Positions 36,733 through 46,863 of a DNA stretch of 64,000 nt are shown one piece after another. The notes beneath the pieces are model-generated. The model saw nothing but the letters and a program-made list of their open reading frames with translations, was not told the origin of the DNA and ran no database searches. Numbering within the stretch: position 1 is the first letter of the stretch; every line of letters starts with the position of its first letter. A program made the position numbers and the translations under genes. This stretch comes from an uncultured delta proteobacterium. Lineage in GTDB: Bacteria; Desulfobacterota; Binatia; UBA9968. The stretch is from contig CAVUVW010000015.1 in the NCBI GenBank assembly GCA_963745035.1, forward strand, positions 96,001 to 160,000. Direction: 5' to 3'.

Positions 36733-37542
36733 CTAAATTTCCTTGCGGCAGAGCTGTTTAACTACCTTCATACGATTAACCATCTCCCAGTTCTCTGGAG
36801 ATAGGTCCACGAGCTCGATCTTATCAATTCCCGCGAGTCGTTGATCGCTACAAACAATCATCGTCACCTCGGAGTTGGAAAGCGAGTATCGATGCCAATC
36901 ACAAGTATCCGTCGGCAGATGACCATCGCTGCCGACCAAAGCTGCCGACGCCGGCTTGGAACCTCGATTCGTCGCTAGTTTGAACAAAGCCTCTGTCGTG
37001 CTCCATAGTTCGTAAAACATTCGCGTTCGGGACTCTTCCGGAAGGCTTAGCAGCCAACGATGATCCTGGAAATGAAAAACGGCTTCACTGAGCATGCTGA
37101 AGTTCCGCCGCGGATCGTTGACTTCAACGTCGATCCCCACCTTCGCTTCACGACTTACTACGCAGGCGATCCACTCGCGGCTGTGCGATAAACTGAAGTT
37201 CGGCCGCAAACTGTTGGCGCCAGGAAACCTAATCTGCGGCACGTGGTCACATGAGTCGCTAACTTCAATGCGCTCAAACAGAAAACCGGTAAGACGAGCT
37301 AGCGCAATTCTCAGCAAGATTCGTCCAAGTAGAAACTGACGGGCGCGCTGCGGCCGCACGAAACCGGCGTAGCGTTGCTGCTCGCTGAGACTGAGTCGTT
37401 CGGCGAAGAACGCTTGCACTTCGTCCTCTACGCCGCTCGCATCAAGTAACCATACCGAAGCAGCTGTCGGCGCGGACCGATTATTCGGGAATTTTGACAA
37501 AGTCGCCCTTAAGCGCAACGCCGGCAATGAGTGCTCCTGCAT
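36733..37542 (-). CDS. Sfp-type 4'-phosphopantetheinyl transferase (start uncertain)
   Basis: FLLGRILLR, FSLSHS, VGIDVE, FYELWSTTEALFK. Confidence 0.85.
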   Translation of the reverse strand: MQEHSLPALRLRATLSKFPNNRSAPTAASVWLLDASGVEDEVQAFFAERLSLSEQQRYAGFVRPQRARQFLLGRILLRIALARLTGFLFERIEVSDSCDHVPQIRFPGANSLRPNFSLSHSREWIACVVSREAKVGIDVEVNDPRRNFSMLSEAVFHFQDHRWLLSLPEESRTRMFYELWSTTEALFKLATNRGSKPASAALVGSDGHLPTDTCDWHRYSLSNSEVTMIVCSDQRLAGIDKIELVDLSPENWEMVNRMKVVKQLCRKEI

Positions 37543-37927
37543 GACATTCGAACTGGCTCGCGCTCGACATGACTTCTTTCTTGTAGTAGCTCACGATATT
37601 TACGACAGCGTTAGCGCCGAGTTGCTGTGCGCGCTTTTGCAAGGCTACCATGGCAGAGAGAAATGCCCAGTTACAGGCTTTTTCGTCCGACTTGCCGAAG
37701 GCGTTGGTCTTGCGGTTGGAAACATCGGTGCCAAGTTTGCTGATCACTTGCGGAGTCGGCTGGTCTCCGAAGAAAAACTTTATCGAACCATCGAGCTTGT
37801 CTTGCGAGTCTTTGACCTCCATCGCCACGGCGATAGGGAGCAGATATTTGGTGTCGCGCGCGGTGCACGGCCGAGCAATCGCCAGCATACAGATCACAAA
37901 AGATGCCAACAAAATGGTTTTTTTCAT
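37481..37927 (-). CDS. exported APE-associated protein (family often labelled 'excinuclease ATPase subunit')
   Basis: Signal peptide, ARDT, KTNAFGKSD..ACNWAFLSA, GANAVVNI.S, FECHAG. No Walker motifs. Confidence 0.7.
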   Translation of the reverse strand: MKKTILLASFVICMLAIARPCTARDTKYLLPIAVAMEVKDSQDKLDGSIKFFFGDQPTPQVISKLGTDVSNRKTNAFGKSDEKACNWAFLSAMVALQKRAQQLGANAVVNIVSYYKKEVMSSASQFECHAGALIAGVALKGDFVKIPE

Positions 37928-37983
37928 CGGACTACTCCTTTTCAGTACAACCAAGCGTTACACCCGCGTCCAAGTTTCACGGC

Positions 37984-38080
37984 TCAGATCTTGACCAAAT
38001 CGCCTGCAGCACGCGCCACCGGACCGATCCGCCACGCCGGTTAAACCGAGAACGATCAAGGCAAATCCTCGTATGTTCAT
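37984..38080 (-). pseudogene. possible truncated exported-protein gene remnant
   Basis: With one indel corrected it reads MNIRGFALIVLGLTGVAIGPVARAAGDLVKI*, i.e. a signal peptide plus a few residues. Confidence 0.3.
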
Positions 38081-38116
38081 CCTCGTGAGTCTTCCCATCG
38101 CTGCCTAGAAGAACCT

Positions 38117-39346
38117 CTAGTCGCATCTTCTAAGAATCAACGAAGTATTGATGCCGCCGAAGGCGAAATTGTTCGACATGATATATTCGCAGTCGATCTC
38201 GCGCCCGCCGCCGATGATGTAATCCAGGTCGGCGCATTCGGAATCGACGTCCATAAGATTGATTGTCGGCGCAAACCAGCCCATGCGCATCATCTCAATG
38301 CTGATCCATGCCTCCAATGCGCCGCAGGCGCCGAGCGTATGCCCCATGTAACTTTTCAAGGAGCTGATCGGAGCGCCATGGCCAAAGATGTTCGCCGTCG
38401 CCAGACTTTCGGCGACGTCGCCGTGTTGCGTGCCGGTGCCGTGGGCGTTGATATAGCCGATGGCGGACGAGGGCAGTTCGGCGTCGGCCAGTGCAAGCAG
38501 CATCGCGATCCGCATGGTATTCGCGTTGGGTTGGGTCACATGGCAACCGTCGCTGTTGGTGCCGAACCCAACGACTTCGGCGTAAATTTTTGCGCCGCGC
38601 GCGCGCGCGTGTTCCCACTCTTCTAAAATCAGCGTGCCAGCGCCTTCACCGAGCACCAGACCGTCACGCGCAGCATCGAAGGGACGGGGGGTTGTCGGCG
38701 CTGCATCGTTACGCACACTGGTGGCGAACAAAGTGTCGAATACCGCGACTTCGGTCACGCACAACTCTTCAGCGCCGCCGGCGATCATCGCACGCTGGCG
38801 ACCTGCTCGGATAGTCTCATAGGCGTACCCGATCCCCTGGCTTCCCGAGGTACAGGCACTCGAAGTGGTGATGATCCGTCCGGTGACTCCTAAAAAGACT
38901 CCAAGATTAACCGCCGCGGTATGGCCCATCATCTTGATGTAGGTCGTCGCGTTGATTCCTTTGGTGCTTTTCTCGTCGATCATCTTTCCAAAATCGCAGA
39001 TCGCCTTCGGCGTGCCGGCAGACGAACCGTAGGCGATCCCCAGTTGGCCGCTTTTCATCAAAGAATCGTCGATGAATCCGGCGTCGATGAGGGCGAGCTC
39101 GCTCGCGCGTGTCGCCATCAGGGCGACCCGCCCCATACTGCGCGTCGCCTTGGTCGTGTAGCGTTCGGATAACGTGAAATCGACGGCGGGGGCGCCGAGC
39201 TGAGTATTCAACCCATCATAATCGGCCCAGTCCGGCATGCGCGTTACCGCATTGCGATAGCTCGCCAAATGATTGCGGATGCAGGGCCAAGTATTGCCGA
39301 TCGGACTGATACCCGCCATTCCCGTAACGGCAACCCGCCGCCTCAT
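38117..39346 (-). CDS. beta-ketoacyl-ACP synthase (ApeR-like)
   Basis: SSACTSG active Cys, HGTGT, GHTLGACG, NNFAFGG. Confidence 0.92.
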   Translation of the reverse strand: MRRRVAVTGMAGISPIGNTWPCIRNHLASYRNAVTRMPDWADYDGLNTQLGAPAVDFTLSERYTTKATRSMGRVALMATRASELALIDAGFIDDSLMKSGQLGIAYGSSAGTPKAICDFGKMIDEKSTKGINATTYIKMMGHTAAVNLGVFLGVTGRIITTSSACTSGSQGIGYAYETIRAGRQRAMIAGGAEELCVTEVAVFDTLFATSVRNDAAPTTPRPFDAARDGLVLGEGAGTLILEEWEHARARGAKIYAEVVGFGTNSDGCHVTQPNANTMRIAMLLALADAELPSSAIGYINAHGTGTQHGDVAESLATANIFGHGAPISSLKSYMGHTLGACGALEAWISIEMMRMGWFAPTINLMDVDSECADLDYIIGGGREIDCEYIMSNNFAFGGINTSLILRRCD

Positions 39347-40069
39347 GCCAACCCCCCGTTCACCGAAATCACCTGGCGCGTGATATAGGCCGCGTCCTCC
39401 GAAAGAAGAAAACTCACGGCGGCCGCAACCTCTTCGGGCTTACCGATCCGGCGGGCCGGGATCAGACTCATTACTTCCTCCCGCGGTACATCTTGGATCA
39501 TCTCGGTTTCGATCAGCCCGGGTGCCACGCAATTGACGGTGATCTCCCGTTTAGCGAGCTCCAGCGCCAAAGCCTTGCTCGCACCGATGATGCCGGCCTT
39601 GGCGGCGCTATAATTTACCTGACCACGGTTGCCGATCAGACCGGAAATCGAAGCGAGAGTGACGATGCGTCCCGCCGCTCGACGGCGCACCATCGGCATG
39701 ATCAAGGGATTGAGCACGTTGTAGAATCCATCGAGATTGGTTTTAAGTACTATATCCCATTCCTCGCCGCTCATCGCGGGAAATGAGTTGTCGCGCACAA
39801 TCCCGGCGTTGCACACGATGCCGTAATAACAGCCATGCTGTTCGATGTCGGCGGTCAGCGCCGCCGCGGTAGTCTCACGGTCGGCAATATCGAATTGCAG
39901 CACCCGAGAGTGACCGCCTTGCTCCGCAGCGGATTGCGCCACTCGATCTGCATCTTCGCGCCGACTCCTGCAATGCACGACAACGGTCGTAACCATCGCG
40001 CGCCAACCTGAGCGCGATCGCTGCGCCGATACCTCGGCTCGAGCCCGTGACCAAGACGGATTTCGTCAT
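39343..40069 (-). CDS. 3-oxoacyl-ACP reductase (ApeQ/FabG-like; indel near 39988)
   Basis: TGSSRGIG, CNAGI, YSAAK, NCVAPGLI. Confidence 0.92.
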
Positions 40070-40518
40070 CCCACGCTCTCCGGCATCTCAGCCTCATTGA
40101 CCGGCTGATACACCGTCATCATTACCCGCGCCAGCGGTTCGCCGCGATCTTCGATGCTGCATTCGAACGATCCCATGCCATTGTCGCTTTGAAAAACCCG
40201 CCGAACGTGAATCTGTAAACGCGTGCCGACGGTGAACCAGGGGCGGCTGCATTCATAGCGGCGGGTGCCCAGCAGGAAACCGATTTTGATTGGCTCATTG
40301 CACCGATGGGCGATGAAGCCCGCGTAGGCGGCAATCGCTTGAGCCATATATTCCACCCCCACCCAAGCGCCGACACCTTCGGCTCTGCAAAACAAACTGT
40401 CCGAGCGAATCGTAACTTCGGCGCACAAACTCTCGTCGTCGGCTGCGATGACACGATCGAGCAAGACCATCGGTCCGGCGTGCGGCAAGAGCGCGCGAAT
40501 CTCGGGAATCTTCTTCAT
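40066..40518 (-). CDS. hotdog dehydratase (ApeP-like)
   Basis: LLPHAGPMVLLD, EYMAQ, GFLLGTR. Confidence 0.88.
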   Translation of the reverse strand: MKKIPEIRALLPHAGPMVLLDRVIAADDESLCAEVTIRSDSLFCRAEGVGAWVGVEYMAQAIAAYAGFIAHRCNEPIKIGFLLGTRRYECSRPWFTVGTRLQIHVRRVFQSDNGMGSFECSIEDRGEPLARVMMTVYQPVNEAEMPESVG

Positions 40519-40519
40519 G

Positions 40520-41705
40520 TCAATCTCTGCCGAACAACAGGCTTGCATTGGCGCCGCCGAAGGCAAACGAATTGCTCAAGCTCAAACTCAAAGGACGCCC
40601 CAAATTGGCGCCGGGCTCAGCGACGTTCAGCGCCGGCAAACCCGGGTCCAACTCACGATCCCACAGATGGGGCGGCAACTTGCCCGAGCGATTGTCATCC
40701 TGCATCGCCAGCCAGCACAGCCCTGCTTCGATGGCGCCGGCAGCGCCCAAGGTATGACCAGTAAACGGCTTGGTCGAACTCACCCAAACGCCGTCTCCGA
40801 ACAGATCATGCACCACGCGCGCCTCCATCGCGTCGTTTTGCAGCGTCGCCGTGCCGTGCAGATTGATATAATCCACCTGCGCTGCGGCAACGCCGGCGCG
40901 GTCCAACGCCAGTTCCATTGCCAGCCGGGCGCCGCCGCCGGCAGGGTCGGGGGCGGAGATGTGATGACCGTCGGAAGTTTCACCCCAGCCGCGCAGCGTA
41001 ACTGTCGCCGGCTCGCGGCTCATCAGAAACAACGCCGCACCTTCCCCGATATTGATCCCATTGCGATTGCGGCTAAGCGGGTTGCAGCGACTTTCGCTCA
41101 CCGATTCAAGAGCGGCAAATCCAGCCACCGTGAAAGCGCACAGGGTATCCGCGCCGCCGGCCAGAACCGCATCGCATGCCCCCATCGATAACAGGCGTGC
41201 CGCGCTGGCCAATGCCTTGGCGCTCGAGGCACATGCGCTCGAATGGACGTAAGCCGGACCGCCCGTGCCAAGAATGTCAGCCAACAGCTCCGACGGCGAA
41301 CCCAATTCCTGCTGGCCATAATGAAACTCCTGGGGCAGCGCCCCTCGCTCGGCAAACTTGCGCAACGCGCTCTCGCCCTCGGCGATGCCGGAGGTGCTAG
41401 TGCCGATCACAATGCCGACCCGGCTCGGGCCGAAGCGCTCGATGGCTGCGTCCACCCCCGCTCTGATCTGACGCAATGCACCGAGCAGGAGCCGGTTATT
41501 GCGGCTTCGATGTCGCAACGGACATGCATCGTCGGTGGGCAAAGCCGGCGGGTCATCGGCCCGGCCGAGCGGCAGCACAGCGGCCGGGCGAATAGTCGTC
41601 GGTCATCGACAGGCCGCTTTGGCCGAGCTCCAGGAGCTGTCGCCTAATATCAGCGAGCGCGTTGCCCAACGAACAGATCATGCCGAGCTGATTGAGATAA
41701 ATCAT
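40520..41705 (-). CDS. beta-ketoacyl-ACP synthase (ApeO-like; indel near 41580)
   Basis: MIYLNQLGMICSLG, GTSTSGI, SSACASSAKA, HGTAT..ND, GHTLGAAG. Confidence 0.9.
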
Positions 41706-41719
41706 CTGTACTGACCCGC

Positions 41720-42256
41720 TCAAAACAGACTCTATCGTCAGCCGATAGCGATAACGGAAATTGTTCAACACTATTTTGCCGCTGCCAGCGCGGCTCGCCG
41801 CTGTAGTGAATCTCCGTCGACCGGCAGCTCGCCGGCCAGTCAGGATGCGGCGCCGCGCCATTTTCTTCGATCCGCCATGGTGCAGGCAACACCGCACGCA
41901 GCTTTTCCACCGGCCAGAGTGTGAGTTGCAGGTCTTCCAAGACGTCTTCGACGCGCACCTCGCCGGGAATCCTCGGGTGGCGCCAGAAGTCAAGGGAGCG
42001 GCCGTCATAGTGAAACGACAGCACCCGCTGGTTCAACGCCAGGAGCACTAAAGCGATCCGTTCCGCATCGATTTCCAACGCTGCTTCAAGCTCATCGATG
42101 CGGCCTTCTCGCTCCACCGTGAGATGCTGCTGCAAACTGATCGACGCGCCGAACGTTGCCGGCGGCAGTTTTAACCCCAGCCGCGGCGGCTGGGAATCCG
42201 GCGCGCAGCCCAAGCAAATAGCCAAGCGTGAAAATTGCGCCTAACGCTCGTAGCAC
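41720..42256 (-). CDS. DUF3261 lipoprotein (ApeN-like; several indels)
   Basis: LGC lipobox, LEDLQLTLWP, YRLTIES; lies between the flavoprotein and the KS. Confidence 0.7.
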
Positions 42257-43478
42257 AGTTCCTCCAGCGCCGCCAAACGCCGCGCCGTATCGTGAACATA
42301 AGGATTGCTTTGGTCCCATGCATAACCCGCCAGGATCGCTGAGATCATGCGGCGGACTTCCCCCGGCGGGTCGGCATGAAATACGATCCGCTGAAAGCCG
42401 CCGCGATACCACGACTCGACAAAGGCGCGGAAGGTATCGATACCGCGTTTTAGCGGTGCCGCGAAATCGTCCTCCCAGCTGATTTTTTCGCCGGCATGCT
42501 GGCGGCCGAGCGCACTGGCCGCGAGGCTCGCTGACTTGAAAGCGATCGTCACTCCCGAGGAAAAAATCGGGTCGAGAAACTCACCCGCATTGCCGAGCAG
42601 AGCAAAGCCGCGACCATATAACGATCTCACGTTTGCCGCGTAGCCGACGATCTGCCGCGCCGGCGTATCCCAACGAGCGCTGCCTGAGCAGGCGGCTCAA
42701 AGATCGGTCCTCACCGATCAGCGCTTGCAGCCGTTCGCGTATGCGACTCCGTATAGCGCGCCAGAAAGCTCGTTTCCGCGACTACGCCGATGGATGAGCG
42801 GCCGTTAGCGAAAGGGATGAGCCAGTACCAAACCGCGGGATGCGCGGGATGAACCGTGATGCGAATCTTGTTGCGATCGAACTCAGAAGCGGCGATGCCG
42901 TCATCCACATGCGTGAACACCGACGCGCGTACCGGGAAATTGGACGGAGCTTCCAGCTGCAATAAGCGCGGCAGCACGCGGCCAAAGCCGCTGGCATCGA
43001 GAATAAACCCGGCGTCGACGGTATATTCGTTGCCCGAAGAGTCGAGTACGATCGCGCGCGGGCGCGGGCCGCTTACATCCACCGCGACGATTTCGTGGCC
43101 GTGATGGACCTGAGCGCCCTGGCGCGCCGCTTGGAGCGCCAGCAGTTGGTCGAAGCGCGCACGTTCAACCTGGTAGGTTGAGCTCCAACCCGCCGAATAC
43201 TTATCGCTGAAGTCGAACGCGGTGAGTTGTTGATCGCGCGCAAACACGGCGCCGTTTTTCAATTGAAACCCCGCCTCTTGCACAGCGCCCAGCATGCCCG
43301 AGTCCTCGAGGTATTCCATGCTTTGCGGCAGCAAACTCTCGCCGATGCTAAATCGCGGAAACTGTTCGCGTTCGAGCACCAGCACCTCGCGCCCTTGGCG
43401 ACAAAGCAAGGCGGCCGCGAGTGTGCCGGCGGGACCGGCGCCGATGACCAGAACCTCCACAGCGATTCGGGAGATCAT
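42241..43478 (-). CDS. FAD-dependent oxidoreductase, halogenase-like (indels near 42750 and 42685)
   Basis: GAGPAG, FPRFSIGESLLP, FQLKNG, DASGFGRVL, WYWLIP, GNAGEFLDPIFSSGV. Confidence 0.85.
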
Positions 43479-45841
43479 CTTCTGCAACCTTCGTTCACGT
43501 CGGCTGTCTGCTTGTCGTAGCCGAAGCATGGCACGATCAAACAAACGGTAATCGTGCCGATCAGCATCGTCAGTCCGAATGCTTGCAACGCCGGTGTTTG
43601 GCTGAGACTGAGCAAGCCAAAAGAAAGTAGCGTGCTCAAAGCGGACAAACCCATGGCAAGCCAACCTACCGGGTCGGACTGACCGGGATGATCCTGAAAA
43701 AAGATTCCGTAATCGACGCCGATGCCAAGCAGCAGCATCAACGCGAGTACGTGAAACAACTGGAGGCTCTGCCCCGTAATGCCCAGCATTCCGAGCGTTG
43801 TGACGCTCGCCAGCGCAATGGGCGCCAATACGCGCCAGGCAAGGCCGCCGTAGCGCCAGTAAAGCAGGGCATAGACGGCGAGATAGGAGAGCACGATCAC
43901 CCAGCCCATGTATTTTCGATAGCGACCCAGAACGGAGGAGATTTCACCGACGGTATCCACCCACTGCACACCGTCGAGCGCGGCGCCGACGCGCCCCAGG
44001 AGAGGCAGGTTTGCCTCGCTGACGCCGCTCAATGCGACAATGCTCGCGTAAGCGCCGCCCGTTTGTCCAAGCCATAAATGGCGGACCGCTTCGCCTGCAG
44101 GTGTCTTGAGAAACTCATCGACCGACAACGCGGCGGACGCGCCGAGTAGGCGCGTCCGCGTGCTGTCGGTCCAGCGCGCATCGGCGCCGATGCGCCGCGC
44201 CAGCTCTCCGAGGGCGCCGTTTTCACTCAAAACCGTGTCGCCGATAAGACGGCGGCGCGCCGCTTGAGCGCGCAGCGACGGCACCCAGTTGGAAACGGCG
44301 TGATATCCGGCGAGGGTTTGCTGTTCGACGAGCGCATCCAAGCGCCGCGTGAGCGTCTCCTCGCGCTGCAGCAAGTCTTCGATGGTCGGCCCGCGCACCA
44401 GATAGAACTGCGCCGGCGCGGGCGCCGCCAGAACCCGGCTTACCTTGAGCTGATCGTCGAGCAAATGTCGCGGCGGGTTTTGCAATACGCGGATATCATC
44501 TTTAACGCCAAGCCGGCCAAGACCGAAAACCGCGATGAGCGCAACCGACCCGGCCGCCCATAAGCGCAGCCGCCGGGAATGCCACAACCGCAAACGCATA
44601 AAACGGCCGGTAATCCATCTGATCACTGGCGCGCTCTCGCCGGCATGGCCTCGCAGCAGAACCGGGAACCAACAGATCACGGTCAGCCAGGCGAATATTA
44701 AGCCGAGAGCGGAAAAAACCGCCATCTGCTGTAAACCCGGGAAAGGCGTCAACGCAAGGGCGAGATAACCGACTACGGTGGTCACGAGCGCCAGCACCAG
44801 TGCCGGCAAAAGCAGGCGGAGCAATTGCCACGAGTCGACGGTTTGTCTCTCCGGCACAAGTCGGTTGCATAGAAAATAACTGCCGTAGTCCTGGGCGCCG
44901 CCGATGAGGCTTGCGCCAAAGACCATCGTCAGTAAATGAATGCGCTCAAACAGCAACCAGGAGATCGAGAGCGCACCGAGGCAGCCAATGCCGATGGACA
45001 GCATGATCCATGCAATCGGGTTAAGCGATCGAAATGTCAGCCAGGTCAGTAAACCGATGCCCAGAAGCGACCCGACGCCGATGATCGAAACTTCCCGCTG
45101 CGCTTGTGCGCCTGCGGCGGCGGCGAATAAGACAACCCCCGCCGCCAAGATCTCGGCTGCTGGCACCGCTTTGCGCGCTGCTTGCCGCGCCCGGTCGAGA
45201 ACCGGAATGACAGCCGCCTGGGTACTCATGGAAAAAGCCGGAGCGCCAAGGACAAACGGCATAACGACATAATCGCGGTCTGCATCTCGCACAAACAAGC
45301 GGCCGTCGCGCGGCCGCATCGGGGTCTCACCCGCCCGGGCTTGCCACCACCCGGCAAACAATCCGAAGGGATCGTCCTGCCAAGCAGAGAGCTTTAAGCC
45401 TCCGAAAGGGCTGTAAAGCTTGGCGAGCGCGAGTTCGACCCAGTAAGCTTTCGTCTGGCTCTTCAGGGCGAGCTCATCGGCCGCAGTCAAGAGACCCAGC
45501 CGGTGCTGCTGAAACAACTGCTCGTCCTGCTGCCACCGATCAGCTTGCTCCAACCGGAGCAGCTGATTGTGTCCTGCCAATACCGCAAGGTAAGCGTCGG
45601 CGGCCCGGCGCGCCTCTTGCCAACCCACCGCACCGACGAGCACGATCAGCCTCTGCTGCGTCGCCGCAACGGCTTGAGTCACAGCTTTCTGCACTACCGG
45701 ATCGCGCTCCTGTATCGGTAAAAGCGCCAGAATATCGCTGTCAGGAATAAGCCGTCCGCTGGTTAGCAGATAGACGTTATGCATCGCCAGCAAGAAAACG
45801 ATCGCTCCCCAAAAGCAAGCGAGCAGGTTGCGCCGCCTCAA
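43475..45841 (-). CDS. MMPL/RND-family exporter (ApeM-like)
   Basis: Two TM blocks, FGASLIG, PFPGLQQMAVF, LLLGIGVDY. Confidence 0.88.
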   Translation of the reverse strand: MRRRNLLACFWGAIVFLLAMHNVYLLTSGRLIPDSDILALLPIQERDPVVQKAVTQAVAATQQRLIVLVGAVGWQEARRAADAYLAVLAGHNQLLRLEQADRWQQDEQLFQQHRLGLLTAADELALKSQTKAYWVELALAKLYSPFGGLKLSAWQDDPFGLFAGWWQARAGETPMRPRDGRLFVRDADRDYVVMPFVLGAPAFSMSTQAAVIPVLDRARQAARKAVPAAEILAAGVVLFAAAAGAQAQREVSIIGVGSLLGIGLLTWLTFRSLNPIAWIMLSIGIGCLGALSISWLLFERIHLLTMVFGASLIGGAQDYGSYFLCNRLVPERQTVDSWQLLRLLLPALVLALVTTVVGYLALALTPFPGLQQMAVFSALGLIFAWLTVICWFPVLLRGHAGESAPVIRWITGRFMRLRLWHSRRLRLWAAGSVALIAVFGLGRLGVKDDIRVLQNPPRHLLDDQLKVSRVLAAPAPAQFYLVRGPTIEDLLQREETLTRRLDALVEQQTLAGYHAVSNWVPSLRAQAARRRLIGDTVLSENGALGELARRIGADARWTDSTRTRLLGASAALSVDEFLKTPAGEAVRHLWLGQTGGAYASIVALSGVSEANLPLLGRVGAALDGVQWVDTVGEISSVLGRYRKYMGWVIVLSYLAVYALLYWRYGGLAWRVLAPIALASVTTLGMLGITGQSLQLFHVLALMLLLGIGVDYGIFFQDHPGQSDPVGWLAMGLSALSTLLSFGLLSLSQTPALQAFGLTMLIGTITVCLIVPCFGYDKQTADVNEGCRR

Positions 45842-46438
45842 AACAAAGCCGCCTCGTCGGCGTTCATGGCGCCATCACCGGTTTGAATCGCCGAAAACAC
45901 AATCTGCGTGACATCGCCATTGGCTTCACTGATGGTGACGTTTCTGACGTACATGCCGCCTTCCAGGCCGACGCGCGGCGATCGTTTTGGCCAGGGCAGG
46001 CTCACGCGCCTTGAGGGTGACGCTCCAGGTTTTTTCACCGACAGTGCCGGCAATCTCGAAAAAGCTTTCGAGTCGGCCGAGATCTCCGGCGAACAGCGCA
46101 AACAAAATATTGTTGACCATGCGCAGCGCTGGCTCGCGGCGCGCATCGAGGCGCAGCGCCACGCGCTCGCCGTGCATCTGGACGATCTCGTCGCGTGTAA
46201 CCCTCAGGGTATTCGGGAAGGGTTGCAGCGTTCGCCACAACACGCCTTTGTCAACGACCACGCAAAAGCGGCCGTTCGATGTGACTGGTTTCTTCAGGCC
46301 AACCAGTAGCTTGGTTTGGTCGAACCTGCCACAGAGAACTTTGGGCTTGGCGAGGAGCGCTTGGATTTTTTCCGTCGGAGCCGCGGCTGCAAGCGCAACG
46401 GCTAGTGCCGCAGCGCACGCGAGAACTCCGCCTGCCAT
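45838..46438 (-). CDS. LolA-like carrier protein (ApeL-like; indel near 45980)
   Basis: Signal peptide, GRFDQTK, S.GRF....KGVLW...PF, EANGD.T.I.F. Confidence 0.8.
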
Positions 46439-46863
46439 CACGGCGTCACCTTCAATCTCTCGAACAGCACAGCCGGTGACGCAAAGCACATCTCTCCAGT
46501 AGCGATCTCTACCGCCACCTGAGTCGTGCTGGCCCGCGTTAGGCGTTTTCCGCTGCTGGCTTCGCTGATCAAATATTCGATTTTGAGACGATTCTCCCAC
46601 TCGACGATCTCGGCGCGCAGCTTGAGGCGCGCGCCGAATCGGGCGGGCGCGACGTAGCGGATCTGCAAATCGACGACCGGCCAGAGATAACCCGAATCCC
46701 TCATCTCCGGATAGTTGTAGCCTATGCTATCGAGCAGGGCGCCGCGGGCAATCTCGAGATATTTGACATAGTGGCCGTGCCAGACGACCTCCATGGGGTC
46801 AAGATCGAAAAACTGCACCTGCGTCTCGGTCTCGGCGCACCATCTGCCGGTCGCTCTAGTCAT
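46438..46863 (-). CDS. 4HBT-family acyl thioesterase (ApeK-like)
   Basis: FFDLDPMEVVWHGHYVKYLE. Confidence 0.88.
   Translation of the reverse strand: MTRATGRWCAETETQVQFFDLDPMEVVWHGHYVKYLEIARGALLDSIGYNYPEMRDSGYLWPVVDLQIRYVAPARFGARLKLRAEIVEWENRLKIEYLISEASSGKRLTRASTTQVAVEIATGEMCFASPAVLFERLKVTP

Noticed and set aside
41553-42008. Apparent in-frame fusion of the DUF3261 C-terminus to the ApeO-like KS
   Set aside because: Removing one T from GTTTTGA near 41722 gives a normal stop/start TTGA overlap, and the region has several other indels.
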